From contig CBDCQO010000012.1 of assembly GCA_965220655.1 (NCBI GenBank), positions 368,268 through 432,267 on the forward strand: DNA of 64,000 nt, in the 5' to 3' direction. Shown here piece by piece: positions 53,017-62,065 of the stretch. The notes beneath the pieces were generated by a model. The model was given only the letters and a program-made list of their open reading frames with translations. It ran no database searches and was not told where the DNA came from. Made by a program: the position numbers and the translations under genes. Position 1 is the first letter of the stretch. Each line of letters starts with the position of its first letter. Source of the DNA: Dehalococcoidia bacterium. Its GTDB lineage: Bacteria > Chloroflexota > Dehalococcoidia > Lucifugimonadales > Australimonadaceae.

Positions 53017-54024
53017 TCAACCGAGCGGATGGGCCCCGTTGAGTATGGCTTCCAGCGTCTCGTGCAACGGCTCGCGCAGCCGCGCACCGAAACCGGTTAC
53101 GACCTTCGCGGATGCGAACGCGCCGAGCTTACCAGCATCGGTGGGGTTGAGGCCATGCGTCAGCCCGTAGAGCGCGCCCGCGGCGAAGACGTCGCCCGCG
53201 CCGGTCGTGTCGACGACGGGCACAACGTACCCCGGCACATGCGTGACGGCGCCATCGTCGAAGACCAGCGCGCCGTCCGCTCCGCAGGTCATGAACACCA
53301 GCGGGGCGTCAGCGCCAACCGCCCGCAGCCGCTGCTCCCGCGAGCCGCCGCCCCCGTATATCTCCGCCTCATGTTCGTTGCAGAAGAGGACGTCGACGTA
53401 CTGCCGGGTGACGCGCCGGAACTCGTCGATGAAGAGCGTCGCTATGGCGGGGTCGGAGAGGCTGAGCGCGACCTGCACGCCGGTGTCCGATGCAACGGCC
53501 ATGGCGCGCTCGGCAGCCTCCGCGCACGAAGGGGTGCTGAGCAGGTAGCCCTCCACGTAGACGATGCGGCTGGAGCGGAGCGCGCGCGAGGCGATGTCGC
53601 CCGGCCCCAACGTGGAGGCCGCGCCGAGGCTCGTCCGCATCGTTCGCTCGCCGTCCGGCGTGACGAGGATGACGCACGCGCCGGTGGGACCGGCGTCCGC
53701 GGGGGTCATGTCGAACTCGACTCCAGCCTCGGCGAGGCTCTCGCGGTAGAGCGCGCCGTGCATGTCGTTGCCGATCTTGCCGGTGAAGAACGCGCTGCCT
53801 CCGAAGTGGGTCACGGCGGTCACCGTGTTCGCCGCCGACCCTCCGGCGGAGCCGTGCCGGGCATGCCCGGCGAGGCTTTCCAGCAGCTCGGCCTGGGACT
53901 CGGCGGAGACGAGCGTCATGATGCCCTTGTCCAGGCCGTGGCCCGCGAGGAACGAGTCCTCCACCTCCACCTCGGTATCCACTATCGCGTTGCCGACGCC
54001 GTAGACGTCGTAGTCGTAAGTCAT
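53017..54024 (-). CDS. PfkB-family kinase, adenosine-kinase-like
   Basis: YDVYGVGNAIVD N-terminus, GGSAANT, and DTTGAGDVFAAG ATP/anion-hole motif. Confidence 0.75.
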   Translation of the reverse strand: MTYDYDVYGVGNAIVDTEVEVEDSFLAGHGLDKGIMTLVSAESQAELLESLAGHARHGSAGGSAANTVTAVTHFGGSAFFTGKIGNDMHGALYRESLAEAGVEFDMTPADAGPTGACVILVTPDGERTMRTSLGAASTLGPGDIASRALRSSRIVYVEGYLLSTPSCAEAAERAMAVASDTGVQVALSLSDPAIATLFIDEFRRVTRQYVDVLFCNEHEAEIYGGGGSREQRLRAVGADAPLVFMTCGADGALVFDDGAVTHVPGYVVPVVDTTGAGDVFAAGALYGLTHGLNPTDAGKLGAFASAKVVTGFGARLREPLHETLEAILNGAHPLG

Positions 54025-54104
54025 CGTATCGGTCGTACCTCGTTCGTTCTCGTGTCGCGCCAGGGGTTTGCGTAACGGGAGAGGGGATCAGACAGGGAGG
54101 GAAC

Positions 54105-54527
54105 CTACACCGTGCTTTCCGGAGCGTCAACGGGCGTGGCAAGGGTTGCCCAGTCGAAGAAGTCATCCCGGCCTGCGGGCCTGGGGACGGCGCAGAGGTT
54201 CCGGCGGGCGGGGCAGCGACAGGTCTTGTCGATCATGAAGCGCACCTCGGCGTGGCCGTGAACGATGGCGGTGACGATGCGCTCAGCGTCGGGCAGACGC
54301 CAGTCGTCAGCGCACCTATTGAGGTAAGCGTCGAGCGGGGCGAAAGCGAGGATGGGTATGCCGTTGTCAGCGGCAGTCTGCGCGAGTTCGAGGGGGTCAG
54401 GCAATGTCTCCCTCTCGTCCATGGCGCGTTGCCACTGCTGCAGGTAGTCGTCGACGATGGGCTCGAGCGAGACGCGCAGCAGCTGGCAGATGAGAAAGTG
54501 TTCCAGACGGCGGACGGAAGCGCGCAT
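54105..54527 (-). CDS. Hypothetical protein with His/Cys cluster (HGH..CRC..C)
   Basis: 140-aa ORF, 30 nt downstream of the HTH gene on the same strand. No family recognised. Confidence 0.4.
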   Translation of the reverse strand: MRASVRRLEHFLICQLLRVSLEPIVDDYLQQWQRAMDERETLPDPLELAQTAADNGIPILAFAPLDAYLNRCADDWRLPDAERIVTAIVHGHAEVRFMIDKTCRCPARRNLCAVPRPAGRDDFFDWATLATPVDAPESTV

Positions 54528-54557
54528 GATTCTCCTCCTACTGTTCCTTTGAGTGAC

Positions 54558-54962
54558 CTACATCTCTTTCTTGAGGAGGGTGATAGCCCTGTCCAAGAGG
54601 TCGAGGCGGTGATGGTTCTCCCGGGCCTCCTTGACCTTTACGGCATTGTGGAGTGCGGTGCGGGCAGCCATGTTGCGGACCCTGGGGCTGGGATCGTCGA
54701 GGAGGTCGGCGAGCACGGAGACGCTCTTCAAGGCGATGCCCTGGAGTTCGGCGTAGGCAAGGTTGATCGCATCCCCGCGCATACGTTCCAGCTCATCGCG
54801 GAAGACGGGGTCCTTCATCCACCGGTGGAGGGTGGAGCGGTGGACGTTTGCGGCCTGCGCGGCCTCAGCCAGGGATGCGGCGGAGGCGAGGTACGGCATG
54901 GCCATCGCTTGCCTGTGCGTCAGGCCGTCGTTAACTTCTTCGGGTGTCGCATGTAGTTCCAT
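54558..54962 (-). CDS. Phage-type helix-turn-helix protein (resembles small HTH/terminase-small-subunit-like proteins)
   Basis: SLAEAAQAANVHRSTLHRWMKDPVFRDELERMR HTH followed by a helical-repeat tail ..DPSPRVRNMAARTAL... Confidence 0.5.
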   Translation of the reverse strand: MELHATPEEVNDGLTHRQAMAMPYLASAASLAEAAQAANVHRSTLHRWMKDPVFRDELERMRGDAINLAYAELQGIALKSVSVLADLLDDPSPRVRNMAARTALHNAVKVKEARENHHRLDLLDRAITLLKKEM

Positions 54963-55283
54963 ATCGTTCCTTTCGCTCGTGATTCCGGCCAGCCGTCTGC
55001 GACCTGTCTACGCTGTTCCGCGACTCCATCGCGCCCCGTTGCGTCTCCGGCGCGGCGGAATGCGCCTTGAGCAGAGGGCGATGGCCGCCAGCCGTTTCGG
55101 GCCGTCGGAGACAGGGTAAGCAGGGGTGCATCGTTCGCACAACGGGCAGATGTCACAAATATGAAATCAACGGAGGATGGACAAGAGAGGGCTTCGCCCC
55201 GCGTTCGGGTCACGCTCACCGGCCGCTACGCGGCGACCCGTTCGACAGGCTCACCATGAGCGGGAAGGGCACCCACAAGGGGT

Positions 55284-55317
55284 GCCCCTACAGCAGGCCC
55301 GCCCCTACAGCAGGCCC
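55284..55317. repeat. Tandem duplication of a 17-nt unit
   Basis: gcccctacagcaggccc x2, perfect. Confidence 0.85.
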
Positions 55318-55332
55318 GCCCCGCTCCATGCC

Positions 55333-55380
55333 GGTTCACCCTCTCCCTGACCCTCTCCCCTCAAGGGAGAGGGGATCAAG
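55333..55380. repeat. Dispersed hairpin repeat, family A (copy 2)
   Basis: ggttcaccctctccctgaccctctcccctcaagggagaggggatcaag. See 5205..5252. A half copy (gggagaggggatca) also lies at about 54076-54089. Confidence 0.8.
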
Positions 55381-55382
55381 CC

Positions 55383-55428
55383 CCCGAGAGATGTTTCGAC
55401 TCCGCCTCCGGCTCCGCTCAACATGACA
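55383..55428. repeat. Dispersed repeat, family B (copy 2)
   Basis: cccgagagatgtttcgactccgcctccggctccgctcaacatgaca. Confidence 0.8.
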
Positions 55429-55477
55429 TGCGTCCCTACGGCGCCACCCCACCGGTGTGACCTGCCCGGTCACTCTG

Positions 55478-55503
55478 GATTCCCGCCGGTGCGGGAATGA
55501 CGG
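55478..55503. repeat. Dispersed repeat, family C (copy 2)
   Basis: gattcccgccggtgcgggaatgacgg with hairpin TCCCGC-cggt-GCGGGA. A degenerate extra unit follows. Confidence 0.6.
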
Positions 55504-55566
55504 GGAAAGGGCGGGAACGACGGGTGCGCCGGTGCGGATACGCCATCCGCACCGGCGCTGCAATCG

Positions 55567-56850
55567 CTAGTTCACTACCAGAGTGCCGACGCCACTCAGC
55601 CCAAGCGCAATATCGCGCGTCTCCTGGCTGGCGCTTCGTACGCGGTTGATGATGTCCCAGATGTCTTCTGAGGTGCCGTAGCCGTAAGAGTCCTCGTATC
55701 CGGCTATCTTGATCGCCTCGATAAAGGCAGGATCAGCCACGAGGCGGTCGAACGCCGATTGCCAGTACTGCGTCACGTCTGCCGGCACGTCCTCAGGCAT
55801 CACGAATACGCGTGAAATCTCGACAATGAGCAGGTTGAGTTCGAGCGCCTCTGCCTGCGCCGGGTTGAACGTGAGCCCCGGCAGTTCGCGGAAGGAGGGC
55901 AGCGGCTCTGTGCGTCCGAGCCTCGCCAGCCATTCGTCGTTGTACGGCTTCTTGTTGTAGAAGATGGGAATGAGGCGCCCCTGATCGATCCACTCGGGGT
56001 AGAGGCGACCTGCGGTACCCGGGCCGCAGCGGCCCGTGCCGTCGACCTCACCACGATCGAACGCTGCCATGATCTCAGAAGAGCCACCGTAGCCGTAGAT
56101 GAGCTTGAACGGACCACCGTTCTCGATCATGAACTCAATCTGAGGCTCGTTGCCCGGACCCACGGAGCCGACCCTGATGGTGAGGTCCCTGTCCAGCACC
56201 TCCTGCCAGGACGAGGCGAAGCTCTTGTCGAGACAGAAGCCACTCTCGGCGATGGTGAATGTGGGCGAGCCGAGGATGTAGATCTTGTCGAGGTCAAACC
56301 CATCGACGTCGCCGACGAGCATCTGCCGTGCGAACCAGCGCGAGTGGACGGGGCCGATGGTGTAGCCGTCCGGCTTCGAGTTCAGTACGGCGCGCAGGCC
56401 GCGCAATTGCCCTGCGCCGGGGAGGTTCTGCACGATGAAGCGCGTGCTGTCCGGGAATTGTCGCTCAGCAGCTTGAGCGACGAGCCTGCTGAATGTGTCG
56501 TAGCCGCCGCCGGGGCTGGTGCCGGTGATGATGCGGATGGTCTTGCCGCCGAAGTACTCCTCCGCGTCAAAGCCGGGAGGCGGGGGGACCGGCGTGGGGG
56601 TTGGGCGCGGGGCGGCAGTGGGGGTCGGCTGCTCCGTCATGGCCTCAGGGGTGGGAGTCGGCTTCTCCTCCATCATCGCCTCAGCGGTGGGAGTCGGCTT
56701 CTCTTCCATCATCGCCTCAGCGGTGGGGGTCGGAGTCGGCTGGGCCGCGGGACGCGGCGTTGGGGTTGGATCTTCGTCGCCGCCGCACGCCGCGAAGAGC
56801 GCCAGAACCACTGCCAGCGCGCCAAGGGCCAGGAATCGGTGCATCTTCAT
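55567..56850 (-). CDS. Tripartite tricarboxylate transporter substrate-binding protein (TctC/Bug family) with long Pro/Thr/Glu-rich linker; lipoprotein-like signal
   Basis: MKMHRFLALGALAVVLALFAACGG. GKTIRIITGTSPGGGYDTFSRLVA..VQNLPGAGQ..KPDGYTIG Bug-family core. Confidence 0.8.
   Translation of the reverse strand: MKMHRFLALGALAVVLALFAACGGDEDPTPTPRPAAQPTPTPTAEAMMEEKPTPTAEAMMEEKPTPTPEAMTEQPTPTAAPRPTPTPVPPPPGFDAEEYFGGKTIRIITGTSPGGGYDTFSRLVAQAAERQFPDSTRFIVQNLPGAGQLRGLRAVLNSKPDGYTIGPVHSRWFARQMLVGDVDGFDLDKIYILGSPTFTIAESGFCLDKSFASSWQEVLDRDLTIRVGSVGPGNEPQIEFMIENGGPFKLIYGYGGSSEIMAAFDRGEVDGTGRCGPGTAGRLYPEWIDQGRLIPIFYNKKPYNDEWLARLGRTEPLPSFRELPGLTFNPAQAEALELNLLIVEISRVFVMPEDVPADVTQYWQSAFDRLVADPAFIEAIKIAGYEDSYGYGTSEDIWDIINRVRSASQETRDIALGLSGVGTLVVN
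56635..56740 (-). repeat. In-frame tandem repeat, about 2.9 copies of a 36-nt unit
   Basis: catcatcgcctcagcggtgggagtcggcttctc(c/t)tc units encode PTPTAEAMMEEK repeats in the TctC linker. Confidence 0.85.
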
Positions 56851-57029
56851 CTTTCCCTCCTGCCTTCCACTCCCCCGGATATGCGTTGCCCGGTCTCGTA
56901 GGCGAACGGCCGGTACGTGCTGCAGTTCCGTTGCAACAGGCCGCAGGTGCTACGATTCGCTGCGGCATACTATACCCGCGCGCACGTCCGTGCAAAGTGC
57001 GTCAAGCGGGCGCGGCGGACGCCGCTTGT

Positions 57030-57058
57030 TTGACACGCTTGGGGGCGGGGGATAGACT
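57030..57058 (+). promoter_or_regulatory. Candidate promoter TTGACA-17-TAGACT upstream of hflK
   Basis: Hexamers at 57030-57035 and 57053-57058, 44 nt before ATG 57102. Confidence 0.45.
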
Positions 57059-57101
57059 CACCTGCGCCCTCTGGGGCCTCATGAGAAAGAAGTTGCGCTA
57101 G

Positions 57102-58190
57102 ATGTACGGCGAACGCCGACCCGAATTCGATCCGGACCAGGTGGTCCAGAACCTCCGACAGAGCTGGGACGGTATACGCTCACGCCTTCCGGGCGGCGGC
57201 TCCCGCCTGTTCATCCTTGGTCTCATCGTCGTTGCGCTCGCGCTTTGGCTCGGGACGGGCTTCTACACTGTGCAGCCGTCCGAGCAGGCGGCGCTGCGCC
57301 TCTTCGGGGCGTTCAGGGGCACCACGGATGAAGGGCTCCACTGGTACCCCCCCGCGCCCATCGGCACGGTGGACGTCGTTTCCGTCGAGGAGACCCGGGG
57401 CATGGAGCTCGGCTTCAGTACCACCGCCGCCGGCGTCGTCACGGACGAAGTGGTCGAGTCCAAGATGATCACGGGCGACCTGAACATCGTCACTATCGAC
57501 CTCGTCGTGCAGTACCGCATCAAGGACCTGGGGGCGTTCCTCTTCAACGTTGCCGACCCCGGCGACCCGGCCCGGCCGGAGGCCGTGGAGGGCCGCCCGG
57601 ACGGTCGCACGCTCAAAGACGCCGCGGAGGCCGCGCTCCGGCAGGTCGTCGGGCAGCGGTCGATAGACGACCCGCTGCGCGTCGGCAGGGAGGCGGTGCA
57701 GGCCGACACGCAGGCGCTGCTGCAGCAGATCGTCGACGACTACAACGCAGGCATCGAGATCCTGAGCGTGCAGTTGCAGGGGGTCCAGCCGCCTGACGAA
57801 GTGCGCGACGCCTTCGACGACGTCAACAGGGCGCGCGTCGACCGGGAGAGCCGGATCAATGAGTCGCTCGCGTACGAGCAGGACAGGCTTCCGCGGGCGC
57901 GCGGCGCGGCGGAGCAGGTGACGCAGGCGGCGCAGGCGTTCAAGGACGCCCGTATCGCCAGGGCGCAGGGTGAAGCAGCCGAGTTCACTGCGGTCTTCAC
58001 CGAGTATGCGCAGTCCCAGGAGGTGACGCGGACACGGCTGTTCCTCGAGGCGATAGAGGACATCCTGCCCGGCGTGACGCTCTTCATCCTGAACGATTCC
58101 ACCGGCGGCGCGCTGCCGCTCCTGCCGCTGACGGAAGGCGTTCTTCCGTCGGTCGCGGGTCCCGCTGCCGGCGCGGGGAACGGGGGCTGA
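57102..58190 (+). CDS. hflK: FtsH protease modulator HflK (SPFH/band-7)
   Basis: N-terminal TM then GFYTVQPSEQAALRLFG.. SPFH domain and a coiled-coil tail. Followed directly by hflC. Confidence 0.85.
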   Translation: MYGERRPEFDPDQVVQNLRQSWDGIRSRLPGGGSRLFILGLIVVALALWLGTGFYTVQPSEQAALRLFGAFRGTTDEGLHWYPPAPIGTVDVVSVEETRGMELGFSTTAAGVVTDEVVESKMITGDLNIVTIDLVVQYRIKDLGAFLFNVADPGDPARPEAVEGRPDGRTLKDAAEAALRQVVGQRSIDDPLRVGREAVQADTQALLQQIVDDYNAGIEILSVQLQGVQPPDEVRDAFDDVNRARVDRESRINESLAYEQDRLPRARGAAEQVTQAAQAFKDARIARAQGEAAEFTAVFTEYAQSQEVTRTRLFLEAIEDILPGVTLFILNDSTGGALPLLPLTEGVLPSVAGPAAGAGNGG

Positions 58191-58191
58191 T

Positions 58192-59244
58192 GTGAAACTC
58201 CTCGTTCCCCTCCTCATCCTCATCGTCGCGGCGGTCATCGTCGTTCCGCAGGCGCTGTACACGGTCGACGAGACGCAGTACGTCGTGGTCACGCGGTTCG
58301 GTGAGATACAGAACGTCGTACGCACGCCGGGCCTGAAGGTGAAGGCGCCGTTCGTTGACACGGCAAACGTGCTGGACAAGCGCATCCTGCGGATAGACGT
58401 GACGCCCACGTCCATGCCGGACCAAGACAACCAGTTCCTGGAGGTGGACGCCTACGTCCGCTACCGCATAGAGGACCCGCGCAAGTTCATCACGCGCCTG
58501 CGCACCGAAAGCACCGCCAACTCGAGGATCCAGCAGATCGTCATCGCGGCGCTGCGGGACGAGATCGGGCGCAGCACGCAGCCGGAGATCATCGGCGGAC
58601 GGCTCATCGGCATCGAGGAGGACCGCACCACCGTTGAACCGCTGCTCAACGACCAGGGCACCCCCACCCGCGCGGCCATCGTCGCCCGAGCCCTCTCGAC
58701 AGCCAACCAACAGGCCAAGTCCGCCGAGAACGATTTTGGCGTCGACATCGTCGACATCCGCATCAAGCGCGCCGATTTCCCGGGCGCGACGGAGGACAAC
58801 ATCTTCACCCGCATGCGGACGGAGCGCTCCGTACAGGCGCAGCGACTCCGCGCCGAAGGTGAGGAGCTGTACCGCCAGCGCATCGCCGACGTCGACCGGC
58901 AGGTGGAGATCATCTCCGCCCAGGCGGACGAGACCGCCAACCGGCTGCGTGGTGAAGGTGAAGGTGAGGCGATCCGCATCCTCGCCGAGGCGCTTGAACA
59001 GGACCCCGAGTTCTTCGCGTTCCGGCGCAGCCTCGCAGCCTACCGGACGGTTCTGGGCGGCCAGACGACGCTCGTCCTCTCCGCGGACTCCGATCTCTTC
59101 CGCTACCTCCAGTCGGCCAGCGGTGAGGGCGACTCGAACGGCGAGGACTTCCTGGGCGACTTCTTCGGCCTCGTCGGCGCCCTGGCGGAGAGCGGCATGA
59201 TGTCGGAGGGCAGCGAGCCATCCGGCGACACCGATGGCTCGTAG
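58192..59244 (+). CDS. hflC: FtsH protease modulator HflC (SPFH/band-7)
   Basis: GTG start 1 nt after the hflK stop. LYTVDETQYVVVTRFGE..PGLKVKAPF motif. Confidence 0.85.
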   Translation: MKLLVPLLILIVAAVIVVPQALYTVDETQYVVVTRFGEIQNVVRTPGLKVKAPFVDTANVLDKRILRIDVTPTSMPDQDNQFLEVDAYVRYRIEDPRKFITRLRTESTANSRIQQIVIAALRDEIGRSTQPEIIGGRLIGIEEDRTTVEPLLNDQGTPTRAAIVARALSTANQQAKSAENDFGVDIVDIRIKRADFPGATEDNIFTRMRTERSVQAQRLRAEGEELYRQRIADVDRQVEIISAQADETANRLRGEGEGEAIRILAEALEQDPEFFAFRRSLAAYRTVLGGQTTLVLSADSDLFRYLQSASGEGDSNGEDFLGDFFGLVGALAESGMMSEGSEPSGDTDGS

Positions 59245-59252
59245 AGCCACCC

Positions 59253-59261
59253 TGCTAGAAT
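59253..59261 (+). promoter_or_regulatory. Extended -10 box TGCTAGAAT overlapping the first ATG of the lepA ORF
   Basis: TG at 59253-59254 and TAGAAT at 59256-59261. In-frame GTG 59269 lies 7 nt downstream. Confidence 0.4.
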
Positions 59262-61110
59262 GAGGGGCGTGGACCCCGCTCTCATCCGCAACTTCTGCAT
59301 CATCGCCCATATCGATCACGGCAAGTCGACACTCGCCGACCGCATCCTGGAGATCACGGGCGCGGTCTCCGCGCGCGAGATGCATGACCAGCTGCTCGAC
59401 TCGATGGACCTCGAGCGCGAGCGCGGCATCACCATCAAGGCGCAGGCCGTCCGCATGGGGCTCGCCTACCAGGGCCGCGACTACGAGCTGAACCTGATCG
59501 ACACGCCCGGGCACGTCGACTTCTCGTACGAGGTCTCACGCTCGCTCGCGGCGTGCGAGGGCGCGCTGTTGATCGTCGACGCAGCGCAGGGCATCCAGGC
59601 GCAGACGCTTGCCAACGTCTACCTCGCGCTGGAGCACGATCTCACCATCGTCCCCGTCGTGAACAAGATCGACCTGCCTTCCGCGGAGCCCGACCGGGTC
59701 ATCGAGGAGCTGGTGACGGCGTTCGGCTTCGACGCGGACGAAGTGTTGCGAGTCTCCGCGAAGGACGGCACGGGCGTGCGCGCGCTGCTGGAGGCGGTCG
59801 TGGAACGGGTGCCGCCGCCCGAGGCGCACGAGGAGAAGCCGCTGCGTGCGCTGGTGTTCGACTCGAAGTACGACTCGTACAAGGGTGTGATGGCGTACGT
59901 TCGCGTCGTGGACGGCGCGGTGAAGGGCACGGACCGCGTTCGGATGATGGCGACGGGCACGGAGGCTGACCTGCTGGAAGTCGGAGCGTTCCGCCCGGCG
60001 ATGGCGAAGGCGGCGAACCTGTCGGCGGGCGAGGTGGGCTATCTGGCGACGGGGCTGAAGAGCGTGGGCGACTGCCGCGTCGGCGACACCATCACGCATG
60101 CCCGCGCGGGCGCAGTCGAACCGCTGCCCGGCTACGGCGAGCAGAAGCCGATGGTGTTCGCGGGCCTGTATCCGACCGACGGCAACGAGTTCCACAACCT
60201 GCGCGAGTCGCTGGAGCGTCTACAGATGAACGACGCCGCGCTCGTGTACGAACCGGAGAGTTCGCCCGCACTCGGGCCCGGCTTCCGGTGCGGATTCCTG
60301 GGCCTGCTGCACATGGAGATCGTGCAGGAGCGGCTGGAGCGCGAATACGGCATGGACCTCGTCGTCACCGCGCCGAGCGTCGTCTACCGCGTGACGATGA
60401 ACGACGACTCGATACGGGAGGTGTCCCGTCCCACGGATCTGCCGACAGGCGGCGAGTCGCAGCAGGTGGAGGAGCCGTGGCTGGACCTGTCCATCCTCAC
60501 GCCGTCGCGTTTCGTGGGGCCGATGATGGAGCTGATCAACTCGCGCCGAGGCGAGTTCAAGCGCACGGAGTACCTGGACTCCGCCACCGGCGGCGCAGGA
60601 GGCGCGGACGCCTCGCCGTCGTCCGATCCGCGCGTGCTGCTCGAAGCGTCGGCGCCGATGGCCGAGGTGCTGGTGGACTTCTACGACCAGGTGAAGACGC
60701 GCAGCCGCGGCTATGCATCGCTGGACTACTCGTTCAACGGCTACCGGGCCGCGCCGCTCGTTCGGCTGGACATCCTCGTGAACCAGTCGCCGGTCGACGC
60801 GCTGTCGCTCATCACGCACCGCGACCGCGCCTACCACCAGGGGCGGATGCTGGTCGAGCGTCTGCGGAAGCTCATCCCGCGGCAGCTGTTCGACGTGCCG
60901 ATCCAGGCGGCCATCGGGAGCAAGGTCATCGCCAGGGAGACGGTCACGGCGATGCGGAAGAACGTGCTGGCGAAGTGCTACGGCGGGGACGTGACGCGCA
61001 AGCGGAAGCTGCTGGAGAAGCAGGCCGAGGGCAAGAAGCGCATGAAGCGCATCGGGCGGGTCGAAGTGCCGCAGGAGGCGTTCCTCGCGGTCATCAAGAT
61101 GGACCGCTAG
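59260..61110 (+). CDS. lepA: Translation elongation factor 4 (LepA)
   Basis: [21 protein letters not shown]1 motif, DTPGH, NKID, and the LepA-specific C-terminal domain. The start may be GTG 59269 rather than ATG 59260. Confidence 0.9.
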   Translation: MRGVDPALIRNFCIIAHIDHGKSTLADRILEITGAVSAREMHDQLLDSMDLERERGITIKAQAVRMGLAYQGRDYELNLIDTPGHVDFSYEVSRSLAACEGALLIVDAAQGIQAQTLANVYLALEHDLTIVPVVNKIDLPSAEPDRVIEELVTAFGFDADEVLRVSAKDGTGVRALLEAVVERVPPPEAHEEKPLRALVFDSKYDSYKGVMAYVRVVDGAVKGTDRVRMMATGTEADLLEVGAFRPAMAKAANLSAGEVGYLATGLKSVGDCRVGDTITHARAGAVEPLPGYGEQKPMVFAGLYPTDGNEFHNLRESLERLQMNDAALVYEPESSPALGPGFRCGFLGLLHMEIVQERLEREYGMDLVVTAPSVVYRVTMNDDSIREVSRPTDLPTGGESQQVEEPWLDLSILTPSRFVGPMMELINSRRGEFKRTEYLDSATGGAGGADASPSSDPRVLLEASAPMAEVLVDFYDQVKTRSRGYASLDYSFNGYRAAPLVRLDILVNQSPVDALSLITHRDRAYHQGRMLVERLRKLIPRQLFDVPIQAAIGSKVIARETVTAMRKNVLAKCYGGDVTRKRKLLEKQAEGKKRMKRIGRVEVPQEAFLAVIKMDR

Positions 61111-61118
61111 AAGTCCCG

Positions 61119-61982
61119 TTACAGCCGCGCCGCCAGTTCCTTTAGCCACGCCCGCATCGCGTCGGCGTAGTCGGGGCGGCGCAGGGCGATCTCCACGGCG
61201 GTCTGCATCAGGCCGAGCGGCGTGCCGGCGTCGAAGCGTTCTCCCTCGAAGCGGTAGGCGTGAACGGGTTCGCGCTGTGCGAGGAGGGCGATGGCGTCGG
61301 TGAGCTGCAGTTCGCCTATCGCACCGGTGGTTATCTCTTCGAGGCAGTCGAAGATTGCAGGAGAGAAGACGTAGGGGCCGACGATGGCGAGGTTCGATGG
61401 GGCCTCGTCGCGTGGGGGTTTCTCGACGCTTCGCGTGAGCCGCGTCTCGCGGTCGGAGAGCGGGTCGCCCTCCACGACGCCGTAACGCGAGACGTCGTCC
61501 CACGGCACCTCGACGACGCCGATGGCGTTGCCGCGCCGTTCGTAGGCGTCGAGCATCTGGCGGGTCACGGAGGGTTCGCCGAGGAGTATCTCGTCCGGCA
61601 AGTAGACGATGAACGGCTCGTTGCCGACCGCCTCTTTCGCCATGAGGACGGCGTGGCCGAGGCCGAGCGGCTCCGGCTGGCGCACGGCGATGACGCGGGT
61701 CATGCGCCCGACGCGCTCGACGGGCTCGAGTTTGGCGTTTCCGCGCTCGCGGAGCGTGCGTTCGAGTTCGGGAGCGACGTCGAAGTAGTCCTCCATCGCG
61801 GTCTTGCCGCGCGAGGTGACGAGGACGACGCGCTCGATGCCGGCTTCGGCGGCCTGCTCGACGGCGTACTGCAGGACGGGACGGTCGACGAGGGGCAGCA
61901 TCTCCTTTGGGACAGACTTGGAGATGGGGAGGAAGCGGGTGCCGACTCCGGCGGCGGTGATGACGGCGGTGCGGACTGGCAT
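61119..61982 (-). CDS. galU: UTP--glucose-1-phosphate uridylyltransferase
   Basis: AAGVGTRFLPISKSVPKEMLPLVDRP signature. Confidence 0.85.
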   Translation of the reverse strand: MPVRTAVITAAGVGTRFLPISKSVPKEMLPLVDRPVLQYAVEQAAEAGIERVVLVTSRGKTAMEDYFDVAPELERTLRERGNAKLEPVERVGRMTRVIAVRQPEPLGLGHAVLMAKEAVGNEPFIVYLPDEILLGEPSVTRQMLDAYERRGNAIGVVEVPWDDVSRYGVVEGDPLSDRETRLTRSVEKPPRDEAPSNLAIVGPYVFSPAIFDCLEEITTGAIGELQLTDAIALLAQREPVHAYRFEGERFDAGTPLGLMQTAVEIALRRPDYADAMRAWLKELAARL

Positions 61983-62032
61983 GACGGAGAAAGGATAGCA
62001 GCCGGTCGAGGAGTTGGGGGAGAGCCGCCGCG

Positions 62033-62061
62033 TTGACCTGCCGCGCCTCGGCGCATAGCAT
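62033..62061 (+). promoter_or_regulatory. Promoter of the SRP RNA gene (TTGACC-17-TAGCAT)
   Basis: Hexamers at 62033-62038 and 62056-62061. The predicted start site (about 62068) coincides with the 5' strand of the SRP RNA closing helix. Confidence 0.55.
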
Positions 62062-62065
62062 GACT

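Noticed and set aside
52194-55505. Composite transposon bounded by the repeat clusters (methyltransferase, kinase and phage-like genes as cargo)
   Set aside because: The repeat modules occur in different orders and orientations at the two ends. No transposase is present, and the cargo includes ordinary metabolic genes. The repeats are more simply REP/MITE-like gap fillers.
56635-56740. Possible CRISPR-like or minisatellite array
   Set aside because: The repeats are contiguous with no spacers, in frame and inside the TctC coding sequence. They encode a low-complexity linker. No cas genes are present in the window.
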